From: a virus
DNA length: 64,000 nucleotides
Strand: one strand, 5' to 3'
Virus record (IMG/VR): IMGVR_UViG_3300027734_000038
Shown: positions 16,943 through 25,457 of the stretch, one piece after another
Layout: every line of letters starts with the position of its first letter
Numbering within the stretch: the first letter of the stretch is position 1
Program-made: the position numbers and the translations under genes
The notes under the pieces: generated by a model
Database searches by the model: none
Told to the model about the DNA's origin: nothing
What the model saw: only the letters and a program-made list of their open reading frames with translations

Positions 16943-18385
16943 ATGATATTTGAAATTTTGGCTGAAAAAATTGGCGGCGACAAGGCCACATTTTATTATG
17001 ATAACGAATTTAATATTCTCAAAGACTCCAATGGAAATGTATTTGAATATCCAGAAGAAAAGAGAATGAAACAGGACAAACAACCTGTAGTTCCGTTTGA
17101 CAAAAACTCTCCACTTAAAAAATCCAAAGCAATTAAATTACTAAAGATTCAGTTAGGTCTCTCTTGTAATTATTCCTGTGATTATTGTTCTCAAAAATTT
17201 GTTGAAAGAGCACCAGAAACCAGTAAAAAAGATATTGATGATTTCTTGACCAAGTTTGATAAAATGGAATTTAGTGAAGAAAAAGGTCTAAAGATTGAAT
17301 TTTGGGGTGGTGAACCATTTGTTTATTGGAAAACATTAAAACCTTTGGCAGAAGCTTTGCGTGAGAAATTTAGCCATTGGCAAAAAGAACCGGTATTTTC
17401 TGTTATCACCAATGGTTCTATTCTTAATAAAGAAATCTGTGCTTGGTTGTATTACATGGGATTTCAAGTGTCTATTTCACACGATGGTCCAGGTCAAGCA
17501 GTTCGTGGTCCAGATCCATTTGATGATCCAGACCAAAAGAAAATTATTCTCGACTTCTATAAGATTATGAATAAGCAGAAAAGAATTAGTTTTAATTCTA
17601 TGATGAATAATAAAAATAGAAGTCGTAAAGAAGTTCATGATTGGTTTATCAAACTCACCGGTGATCCTAATGTTCCTTTGGGTGAAGGCACCATTGTTGA
17701 TGCATACGATGAAGATGGCCTAACAAATTCATTAGATTCATATCAGGATCATTTTGAATATCGTAAACTGGCTTTCAATGACATTCATGCAAACAACGGC
17801 AACATTGGTTTTGGTATGATTATATCTAAGATTGATGAGTTCACAACTAATGTATTATCACATTCTGAATCTAAATATTTGGGTCAAAAATGTGGCATGG
17901 ATGATGTTGATGTCATGGCAGTTGACTTGCGTGGTAATGTAATGACTTGTCAGAATGTGAGTCCATTAGAAATAGCCAAGAATGGTGAAAGTCATTTTGG
18001 CGGCACATTAGATAACATTGATGATATCGAAATCAAATCAGCCACACATTGGATGAATCGTGCTGATTGTGCAAGTTGTCCTGTATTGCACATCTGTAAA
18101 GGTTCATGTATGTTCCTCGATGATAAGTATTGGGAAACATCATGTAATAATGCTTACTCTGATGCTGTTGCTTTGTTTGCTTTGTCATTCCAAAAAATGA
18201 CAGGTTATGTACCTGTTCTAATTAAGAATGATAGATTACCAAAGGATCGTCAAGATATTTGGGGAACAATGTTGCAACACCAAGAAAAAACTAAAAGAAA
18301 AATTATTCCAATCAAAGTGATTTCGGAAGTAGTGGGTAAAATTGATGAAATTGAAGTTTATGGTAAATCTAAAGTAGAGGCATAA
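16943..18385 (+). CDS. radical SAM enzyme with SPASM domain
   Basis: CNYSCDYC (CxxxCxxC), WGGEP, ITNG, ISHDG; SPASM KCG...VMTC and CASCPVLHICKGSC...C. Confidence 0.92.
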   Translation: MIFEILAEKIGGDKATFYYDNEFNILKDSNGNVFEYPEEKRMKQDKQPVVPFDKNSPLKKSKAIKLLKIQLGLSCNYSCDYCSQKFVERAPETSKKDIDDFLTKFDKMEFSEEKGLKIEFWGGEPFVYWKTLKPLAEALREKFSHWQKEPVFSVITNGSILNKEICAWLYYMGFQVSISHDGPGQAVRGPDPFDDPDQKKIILDFYKIMNKQKRISFNSMMNNKNRSRKEVHDWFIKLTGDPNVPLGEGTIVDAYDEDGLTNSLDSYQDHFEYRKLAFNDIHANNGNIGFGMIISKIDEFTTNVLSHSESKYLGQKCGMDDVDVMAVDLRGNVMTCQNVSPLEIAKNGESHFGGTLDNIDDIEIKSATHWMNRADCASCPVLHICKGSCMFLDDKYWETSCNNAYSDAVALFALSFQKMTGYVPVLIKNDRLPKDRQDIWGTMLQHQEKTKRKIIPIKVISEVVGKIDEIEVYGKSKVEA

Positions 18386-19060
18386 ATGTCGTTAACTATA
18401 TCACCACAATTACAAAAAGCACTAGAGATAGCTTCATCTATTGATGAGGTTATTTCTGTTCAGGCTATCGAACCACCACAAAACATACTAGACCAAATCG
18501 AAAATAAAGATAGTGTGTATTTGGATTTTGTAATTCAAACCAAATCTGGTGAAATGCCTTTTGCTATTGTAGTACCAAAAGTTTTAGTTGATGATGTTGA
18601 TGATTCACTACATATTCCTATTAAAGATTTGTTATCATGCGGTTGCACTCAGGTTGAAGATGGTATTGGTCATATGTGTGGTTATAGTGTATTTGATAAC
18701 ATTGGTAAAATGACATATTATGTTCGTGAGTCCGACCAATACTTGGTAAAACTAATTGATGCCGAAGCACCTTCTATTTTTGAACAAACAGAAAATTTAA
18801 AGAAGTTAATAACAAAACTTGAATCGGTAGATGGTGTAAAACGAATTGTTATTGAAGAAATTGTTGATGATAGTCTAAAACAAAGTTTAGAAGCAGAACG
18901 ACCAGTAATTGTCAAAGCATATATTGATGTTAATAGTGATAAAATTATTGACCATTTTGTTTCATTTGCTGTAACAGAATTAGTTTATGATATTGAAACT
19001 AGTCATGAGTGGGCTGTAAATAATCTTATGGATATGATTGAAAAAAATAATGCACAATGA
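18386..19060 (+). CDS. acidic hypothetical protein in rSAM cluster
   Basis: starts immediately after rSAM stop; SCGC...HMCG motif. Confidence 0.75.
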   Translation: MSLTISPQLQKALEIASSIDEVISVQAIEPPQNILDQIENKDSVYLDFVIQTKSGEMPFAIVVPKVLVDDVDDSLHIPIKDLLSCGCTQVEDGIGHMCGYSVFDNIGKMTYYVRESDQYLVKLIDAEAPSIFEQTENLKKLITKLESVDGVKRIVIEEIVDDSLKQSLEAERPVIVKAYIDVNSDKIIDHFVSFAVTELVYDIETSHEWAVNNLMDMIEKNNAQ

Positions 19061-19583
19061 GAAAATATTATTTGGTACACCGGTTTGGATTCACGATTTA
19101 GATATATCAAATAGTAAACTGGAAGAAGAAGGTCGACCATATAAAACTGGTAACTACTTTGACCTCAATACACCAGAAATCAACAAATTAAAATACACAG
19201 TAAAATCTTACTGTGACCAAATAGCCGAACAATATCATTGGAATAAAAAAGCCACTTATATTGTTGGTCGGCAAAATCCAATATTTCCAGGAGAAAATGA
19301 TACGCCCCATGGTCATCACCATGCAATGATGGTTGCCGTCTATTATCTTCAAGTGCCAGAAAAATCAGGTGACATCATATTGAACGATCCTCGTGGTATG
19401 GTATTTTGGGTTGATCCACAAGTTGTCAATGATGGACCACATAAGAGTTGTCGGTCATATCATCGTATCACACCAAAACCAGGAATGTTGTTGATGTTCC
19501 CAAATTATTTAATTCACTCCGTTGAAACCAATATGAGTAATGAAATGAGATTGTCTATTATGATGGAAATTTATAATCTATGA
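19050..19583 (+). CDS. putative 2OG-Fe(II) oxygenase (TIGR02466-like)
   Basis: LFGTPVW, PHGH, VAVYY, DPRG, FPNYLIHSVETN....RLSI. Confidence 0.85.
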   Translation: MHNEKILFGTPVWIHDLDISNSKLEEEGRPYKTGNYFDLNTPEINKLKYTVKSYCDQIAEQYHWNKKATYIVGRQNPIFPGENDTPHGHHHAMMVAVYYLQVPEKSGDIILNDPRGMVFWVDPQVVNDGPHKSCRSYHRITPKPGMLLMFPNYLIHSVETNMSNEMRLSIMMEIYNL

Positions 19584-20116
19584 GTAGAATCAATTTATTT
19601 TCCACACCTGTTTGGACAATAAAGTTAAATGATGATGAATTAAATTCTAACTTATTTTCAATTGCAGGCAACTATAAAGTTGGCACCGATTATTTTGAAC
19701 AGAATAACGAGTCGGTGTTACAATTAAAAAGTCAAATTCAATCCGCTCTATCTGATGTGGCAACAGAATGTGGTTTCTCTACCAATTTTAAATTTACTGG
19801 TCGTCAGAACCCAATGATGCCAGGAAAAAACAATTCACCACACCATCATCCTGATTGTAAGTTAGTTGCTGTGTATTATGTTAAGGTGCCAGAAAAATCA
19901 GGAGATATTTTACTACATGACCCAAGAGGTTCTATATTGTGGTCAGACCCACAAGCAAGAACTGATGTTGCTTGGGAATCACACAGACCTTACCATAAGA
20001 TTACACCGACACCAGGTACATTATTAATATTTCCTGGTTATGTAATACATTCGGTTGAAACAAATCTAAGTAATGAAATCAGAATATCAATTGCAATATC
20101 TACGAGGTTCGAATGA
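19580..20116 (+). CDS. putative 2OG-Fe(II) oxygenase (TIGR02466-like), paralog of upstream gene
   Basis: LFSTPVW, PHHHP, VAVYY, DPRG, FPGYVIHSVETN....RISI. Confidence 0.85.
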   Translation: MSRINLFSTPVWTIKLNDDELNSNLFSIAGNYKVGTDYFEQNNESVLQLKSQIQSALSDVATECGFSTNFKFTGRQNPMMPGKNNSPHHHPDCKLVAVYYVKVPEKSGDILLHDPRGSILWSDPQARTDVAWESHRPYHKITPTPGTLLIFPGYVIHSVETNLSNEIRISIAISTRFE

Positions 20117-21258
20117 AATATACAATTTTAGGTGGCGGCACAGCAGGTTGGTTGACCGCACTATTTGTTAATAAACATTATCCAAACGATGATGTTACTG
20201 TAATAGCCAGTTCCGAAATTGGAATATTAGGTGCAGGTGAAGGCACCACTCCACACTTTATAAATTTTCTTAATCAGTTGGGTATCGATGAAAAAGATAT
20301 CTATGAAAACTGTAAGGCAACCATTAAAACAGGAATTAAATTCACTAATTGGAATGGCGAAGGTGATGAATACTATCACAACTTTAACTGTATAGGTCCT
20401 GATTTACACGCTTTGCATTTTGATGCCAGTTTATTGGCCAAATACTTTCAATCGTTGGCTATCTCCCGTGGTGTGAAACTAATTGATGATGAAGTGGTAG
20501 ATATAAAGTGTAAAGAGAATAAAGATGTGGAAAGTTTTATTCTGAAGTCTGGTAATGTGGAACATACCGATTTTGTTTTTGATTGTTCTGGATTTAGGAG
20601 ATTAATTATCGGAGGGCTTTACAAATCAGAATGGATAGAGTATAATATGCCTTGTAGGAGGGCAATACCATTCTTTTTACCGAATGATAATACCAATCTG
20701 CCTCAGTATACCGAATCAGTTGCAATGAAGTATGGATGGATATGGAAGATTCCTGTTCAAGGTCGATATGGTTGTGGTTATGTGTTTGATTGCACAAAGA
20801 CTACAGATGAAGAAGCCAAACAAGAGATAAGAGATTATCTCGGACACGATTTTGTATCACCCAAGACATTCAACTTTAATGCTGGTTCTTATAAAGATGT
20901 TTGGATTAACAATTGTTTAGGTGTAGGTTTATCTTCTGGTTTTATTGAACCACTAGAAGCTACATCAATATGGATTCAGATTATAACATTGAATACTTTT
21001 ATTGAATGTGATGGCAATAAAGAAAAATTGAACCACGACATGAAAGAAATGAATGAAGATATTTTAGGTTTCTTATACTATCATTACATGACAAAAAGAA
21101 CTGATAGTAAATTTTGGTCAGAGTTTCAAAAAGATAATAAGATGCCTGAAAAATTAAAAATGAGATTAGAAAATAAGTTGATTACAAATAATTTTAGTAT
21201 GTTTACCGAAGAAAGTTGGCAGACAATTAAAGAAGGAATAAATTATGTTAATTCCTAA
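20113..21258 (+). CDS. flavin-dependent halogenase, tryptophan halogenase family (shortened)
   Basis: GGGTAG, GAGEGT, ATIKTGIKF (catalytic Lys region), DCSGF, WIWKIP, FIEPLEATSI. Confidence 0.9.
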   Translation: MKYTILGGGTAGWLTALFVNKHYPNDDVTVIASSEIGILGAGEGTTPHFINFLNQLGIDEKDIYENCKATIKTGIKFTNWNGEGDEYYHNFNCIGPDLHALHFDASLLAKYFQSLAISRGVKLIDDEVVDIKCKENKDVESFILKSGNVEHTDFVFDCSGFRRLIIGGLYKSEWIEYNMPCRRAIPFFLPNDNTNLPQYTESVAMKYGWIWKIPVQGRYGCGYVFDCTKTTDEEAKQEIRDYLGHDFVSPKTFNFNAGSYKDVWINNCLGVGLSSGFIEPLEATSIWIQIITLNTFIECDGNKEKLNHDMKEMNEDILGFLYYHYMTKRTDSKFWSEFQKDNKMPEKLKMRLENKLITNNFSMFTEESWQTIKEGINYVNS

Positions 21259-21859
21259 ATGCATTGATGGTAAGTTTGAAATAATTGATGTGCTTGATCC
21301 TTGGGATTGCATTAATAATAAGTTGCTTTGGGATATAGGTTCAGTTGATAAAAATTTGATTGATTGGTTTAATATGCAAAAAATTAAACCAAAAACTGTG
21401 TTAGAATTAGGATGTGGTTCGGGAATCAATTCTATTTGGTTATCCAAACAAGGTTGTGATGTTACTGCGATAGATTTTCATGATTCAGCTTTATCAAAAA
21501 CAAAACAAATATCAGAAGAAAATAAAATAAAAATTGATTTATTAAAAATAGACTTGATTAAAGAAAAATGGCCAAAAAAAAAGTTTGATTTTATTTTTGA
21601 CCGAGGTTGTTTTCATATCTTTAATGAATTAGAATGTGAAATTTATACCTCTAAATTGATTGAGTGTTTGACATCTAGTGGAGTTTGGTTAAGTTTGATT
21701 GGAAGTAAAGAACAGTTTGAATGGTTTTGGTCGGCAACAAAAATAATCAATATGGTTGAGCCAAAATTAAAAATTTTAAGTTTAAACAAAACAACACTAG
21801 AAACAATAGATGGCCATGATGTGAAAGCGTGGGCACTATTAACCAAAAGAAAAATATAA
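21245..21859 (+). CDS. class I SAM-dependent methyltransferase (TPMT/TehB-like)
   Basis: VLELGCGSG, VTAIDF, FDFIFDRGCFH. Confidence 0.88.
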   Translation: MLIPKCIDGKFEIIDVLDPWDCINNKLLWDIGSVDKNLIDWFNMQKIKPKTVLELGCGSGINSIWLSKQGCDVTAIDFHDSALSKTKQISEENKIKIDLLKIDLIKEKWPKKKFDFIFDRGCFHIFNELECEIYTSKLIECLTSSGVWLSLIGSKEQFEWFWSATKIINMVEPKLKILSLNKTTLETIDGHDVKAWALLTKRKI

Positions 21860-21860
21860 T

Positions 21861-22529
21861 ATGACATTTAATTACTGCCCACCTAAATCATTGCCAGACT
21901 TAAAATCTGAAACCTTTCCTGACGGCAAGAGATACTATACATTGGAAGATGGTACAAAACTTCCATCAGTTACTACTGTGCTTGGCGCCCAAAAGAAGGC
22001 AGGTATTATGGCATGGCGTAAGAAGGTGGGTGAAGAAGAAGCTAACCGAGTATCGAGAATTGCAACAGGTCGTGGTACCGCAGTCCATACATTATGTGAG
22101 AATTATTTAAACAATAATGATTTAGGTTCTGCAATGCCAGATGCACTTGAAATGTTCCTATCTCTCAAGCCATTACTTAATCGTATCAACAACATACATT
22201 ACCAAGAGTGTGCATTGTGGTCCAAACAATTGGAGATGGCGGGTAGGGTCGATTGTATTGCTGAGTTCGATGGCAAGTTATCTGTGATTGACTTTAAAAC
22301 CTCCAAGCGTGCCAAGACAGAGGCACACATTGAGGATTACTTCTGGCAAACAACCGCATATGCCTTGATGTATGAGGAGATGATTGGTACACCTATTGAT
22401 GATATCATTATTATTATGGCTGTGGAGAATGACCTGCCATTAATATTTAAACAGAAAACCGCTGACCACATACCTGGATTGGTGAAAGCAATAAATTATT
22501 ACAAAGAGAGTTCTACAAAGCATAAATAA
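21861..22529 (+). CDS. PD-(D/E)XK exonuclease of T4-like phages
   Basis: PSVTTVL, RGTAVH, AGRVDCIA, IDFKTS, QxxAYA. Confidence 0.85.
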   Translation: MTFNYCPPKSLPDLKSETFPDGKRYYTLEDGTKLPSVTTVLGAQKKAGIMAWRKKVGEEEANRVSRIATGRGTAVHTLCENYLNNNDLGSAMPDALEMFLSLKPLLNRINNIHYQECALWSKQLEMAGRVDCIAEFDGKLSVIDFKTSKRAKTEAHIEDYFWQTTAYALMYEEMIGTPIDDIIIIMAVENDLPLIFKQKTADHIPGLVKAINYYKESSTKHK

Positions 22530-22585
22530 AACACCAGCAACACACAAACCGCTGGTATACACACAACACACAAAGGAGTAACAAT

Positions 22586-22858
22586 ATGACACCCTATGAA
22601 ATTCGCCTAGAATTATTAAAAATGGCGCAAGGTTTAGTATCTGATGAGTATTCATACAGCAGAAGCGCTAAACTAGAACAATGGCACACACAGGTCGAAG
22701 CCGCAAAGATTGCCGGTTTAGAATCACCTGATATTCCCGAATTGCCAAATTTCCCAACAGAAGCAGATATAGTTAAGAAGGCAGAAGCCCTCAATCTATT
22801 CGTTTCGCAAACCCCTCCACAACCTGAAGTTAAAATAAAATCGAAAACAAATTCGTAA
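22586..22858 (+). CDS. conserved phage hypothetical protein
   Basis: AAGGAG SD; MTPYEIRLELLKMA; CATAAATA at 22521. Confidence 0.75.
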   Translation: MTPYEIRLELLKMAQGLVSDEYSYSRSAKLEQWHTQVEAAKIAGLESPDIPELPNFPTEADIVKKAEALNLFVSQTPPQPEVKIKSKTNS

Positions 22859-22911
22859 TTGGAGACCAAGGCGGTCAGATGTTTGGCCGCCGTAATCAAA
22901 AAGGAAGAAAG

Positions 22912-23463
22912 ATGTATTTCAACAAAAAAATAACAAACAAGTTTTTAATCGGCACATCAATATTTTTAATTGTAATTAATTTATTGGTACCTGCTGCCCA
23001 AGCGTATGCACAAAATATCGAAACCTCATCTGAGGTCGTTAGTGCCCATTTCAATTCAGAACTACAATGTCTTGCTGAAAATGTTTACTATGAATCATCC
23101 AAAGAATCATTCGAAGGTAAACTAGCAGTAGCACAGGTCACAATGAACCGTGTAGACTCTGGTAAATTTCCATCCACAATTTGTGGTGTGGTAAAACAAA
23201 AGAGCGTCATCAATGGTGTAATGGTATGCCAGTTCTCTTGGTTTTGTAATCAAGCATATATCAAACTGGTTCGTAACCCATACCAATGGGAAGAATCTTT
23301 GGTGGTTGCGAGAAAAGCCTTGACATCCGCCATTGCCCATGATACACTATATCATTCGAAAGCAATGTATTTCCATGCCAATTATGTTAATCCCAATTGG
23401 AACTTGACAAAGGTTACACAGATTGGTAACCATATATTTTACAAAGAGAAGAATAGAATTTAA
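22912..23463 (+). CDS. cell wall hydrolase, SleB/Hydrolase_2 family, with signal peptide
   Basis: CLAENVYYES, AVAQVTMNRV, CQFSW, YFHANYV, IGNHIFY. Confidence 0.88.
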   Translation: MYFNKKITNKFLIGTSIFLIVINLLVPAAQAYAQNIETSSEVVSAHFNSELQCLAENVYYESSKESFEGKLAVAQVTMNRVDSGKFPSTICGVVKQKSVINGVMVCQFSWFCNQAYIKLVRNPYQWEESLVVARKALTSAIAHDTLYHSKAMYFHANYVNPNWNLTKVTQIGNHIFYKEKNRI

Positions 23464-23464
23464 T

Positions 23465-23686
23465 ATGCCAACTAAAGATGAGATCCGTGATTTTAGTATA
23501 TTAGTAGAAGAACTTTCAACCAGATATCGTTGCAATAGAATGGACGCAATACTACAACATTGTAAAGATACTGGTTTGGAAGTTGAAGTGGCATCCACAT
23601 TAATTTCTTCTGCATTGAAAGCAAAGATTAAAGAAGAAGCACAAGAATTAAATTTGATTAAGAAAAGTTCAAAGCTACCTATATGA
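23465..23686 (+). CDS. gp33: late promoter transcription co-activator gp33
   Basis: MDAILQHC...EVEVASTLISSALKAKIKEEAQELNLI; position upstream of gp59. Confidence 0.8.
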   Translation: MPTKDEIRDFSILVEELSTRYRCNRMDAILQHCKDTGLEVEVASTLISSALKAKIKEEAQELNLIKKSSKLPI

Positions 23687-24258
23687 TTGAATTGGTACAA
23701 GTTACCACACAAGAACAAAAGAATATTGTCAAAGAAATAATTGAAACTCATCACTCTTATGTGGCATCCAATTCATCGGTTGGTCGCAGAATAGATTGGC
23801 TGATTTATATTGATGATGGTATGTTGGGTGAGTGTATTGGTATGATTGGTGTTGGTTCATCTGTCTACCCACCACCCAAAGACATACTGAATTATCTTGG
23901 TGTATCAAAATTCCAATACAAAGACCAGTTCAATAATATCGCCAACAACTGGAGGTTCTGTTTCTCCAAATCGATTAAGAACGCAGGCACACAAGTATTA
24001 AAACAACTACGGCAGAAGGCACCAATCGCCTGGAAACAAAAGTATGGTGATGATTTAAAACACATCATTACATTTGTTGGTGCAGGTAAGAATGGTGCAG
24101 TATACTTGGCAGATAATTGGAAGAAGATTGGTGAAACGGCAGGATTGCCGGCACACAAAAGCAGTTCTATGAAATGGCATGATAATGCTGAATTGAAAAA
24201 GTTATTTGTCAAGCCAACAGGCGAAAACAAAAAGATTATATTGATTAAATCGTTATGA
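23683..24258 (+). CDS. DUF4338/DruA-like (Mom/GNAT-like) protein
   Basis: HHSY...GRRIDWLI, IANNWRF, WKQKYG...ITFV, GAVYLADNWKKIGETAG. Confidence 0.55.
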   Translation: MIELVQVTTQEQKNIVKEIIETHHSYVASNSSVGRRIDWLIYIDDGMLGECIGMIGVGSSVYPPPKDILNYLGVSKFQYKDQFNNIANNWRFCFSKSIKNAGTQVLKQLRQKAPIAWKQKYGDDLKHIITFVGAGKNGAVYLADNWKKIGETAGLPAHKSSSMKWHDNAELKKLFVKPTGENKKIILIKSL

Positions 24259-24875
24259 CAGAAAATACAGGTTTTGCGGCATACTCTTTGTGGAATGCTT
24301 TAAAGTTACATTTTACTTCCGATTCTTATGATTACTTTAAGTATAACGGAAAAACAAATGTATCTAAGCAGACATTTACCACCAACAAATCAAAATACCA
24401 ATTCTATAAATTATCTCGTAAATACGATTTGGAAGAATTAAAGAATTTCTATATTGCCAACTTTATAAAGGGCAATGGTGATTGGGTAGGTGACCTATTG
24501 CAAGATGGTGATGAGAACTATGCCAAGTGGCAAAAAACCCAACAGAGCTTGACATATACCTTTGAAAATGATATAATCTATATGTTTGATAGTGTTGATG
24601 GCGCTGAGTTCTGGCACATTGATGATTACTTCAAACCCATCGATGGTGGTTGGCCAATGTTAATTACCAAGATGATGCACGAAAAGATTTCATTAGAAAC
24701 AGTTTGTATGTTAGTTGATATACTTGGTTGTATGCCAAAATGGGAAAAACAAATTACCGAAGATATTATTTGGCCGACACACCGAAGAATTATAAAGAAA
24801 TATACACCGTTTATACAATACGATAAAGAAAAGTGTAAACAAATGTTAAAAGAGAAGATTAAACAATATGCCTGA
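24255..24875 (+). CDS. gp59: helicase loader gp59
   Basis: ALKLHFTSDSYDYFKYNGK, FYKLSRKY, ISLET, IKKYTPF. Confidence 0.88.
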   Translation: MTENTGFAAYSLWNALKLHFTSDSYDYFKYNGKTNVSKQTFTTNKSKYQFYKLSRKYDLEELKNFYIANFIKGNGDWVGDLLQDGDENYAKWQKTQQSLTYTFENDIIYMFDSVDGAEFWHIDDYFKPIDGGWPMLITKMMHEKISLETVCMLVDILGCMPKWEKQITEDIIWPTHRRIIKKYTPFIQYDKEKCKQMLKEKIKQYA

Positions 24876-25359
24876 AGTTAAGATTACTAAGATTTACCTA
24901 GACATGGACGGTGTGATTGCCGACTTTGACAAAAGGTACAAAGCTCGGTATAAAATGGAACCAAGAGAGGCAGAACAACACAAAGAGTTTGATAAGTTCT
25001 TTACGCAGTTCATTAATGATGAAGAATTTGCAACATTGGATTTAATGCCTGATGCCATGGAACTAATCAATTATTTGAGAAGTCTAAAAGTACCAACCGA
25101 GATTCTATCATCTAGTGCCTCAGAGAAAAGAGATCCACAGATTCGACCACAAAAGATGGAATGGTTGAAGAAACACAACATTGAGTTTCCTGCCATCATT
25201 GTACCAGGTAAAAGGCACAAGAAGGAATACTCAAACAAAAATACCCTATTGATTGATGATACTCCGGTAAATATCGACCAATGGCGTAGAGAAGGTGGTA
25301 TTGGTATACTTCATACCGATGCACAAACAACCATTAATATTTTGAAGATGTATGTTTGA
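24868..25359 (+). CDS. HAD-family 5'(3')-deoxyribonucleotidase-like
   Basis: YLDMDGVIADF, KMEWL, LLIDD, GGIGILH. Confidence 0.85.
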   Translation: MPEVKITKIYLDMDGVIADFDKRYKARYKMEPREAEQHKEFDKFFTQFINDEEFATLDLMPDAMELINYLRSLKVPTEILSSSASEKRDPQIRPQKMEWLKKHNIEFPAIIVPGKRHKKEYSNKNTLLIDDTPVNIDQWRREGGIGILHTDAQTTINILKMYV

Positions 25360-25384
25360 CAATGGATAAATATTATGATATAGT
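25356..25384 (+). promoter_or_regulatory. composite gp32 promoter (sigma70 plus embedded late-type site)
   Basis: TTGACA-17 bp-TATAGT with TGn extension; GATAAATA at 25365 in the spacer. Confidence 0.6.
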
Positions 25385-25457
25385 AGTTGATTATGAGCAG
25401 TAATTTGAAAGTAGTTTATATTCCGTTAATACTCCGTTTAATACGAAAGGCAACATC

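Noticed and set aside
16943-18385. Anaerobic sulfatase maturase or NrdG-type activase
   Set aside because: No sulfatase or glycyl-radical enzyme in the window, and the protein is too long for NrdG and has a full SPASM domain.
21861-22529. Cas4/CRISPR-associated gene
   Set aside because: It lacks the four-Cys Fe-S set, has no array or other cas genes nearby, and matches the ordinary T4-like exonuclease in its usual neighbourhood.
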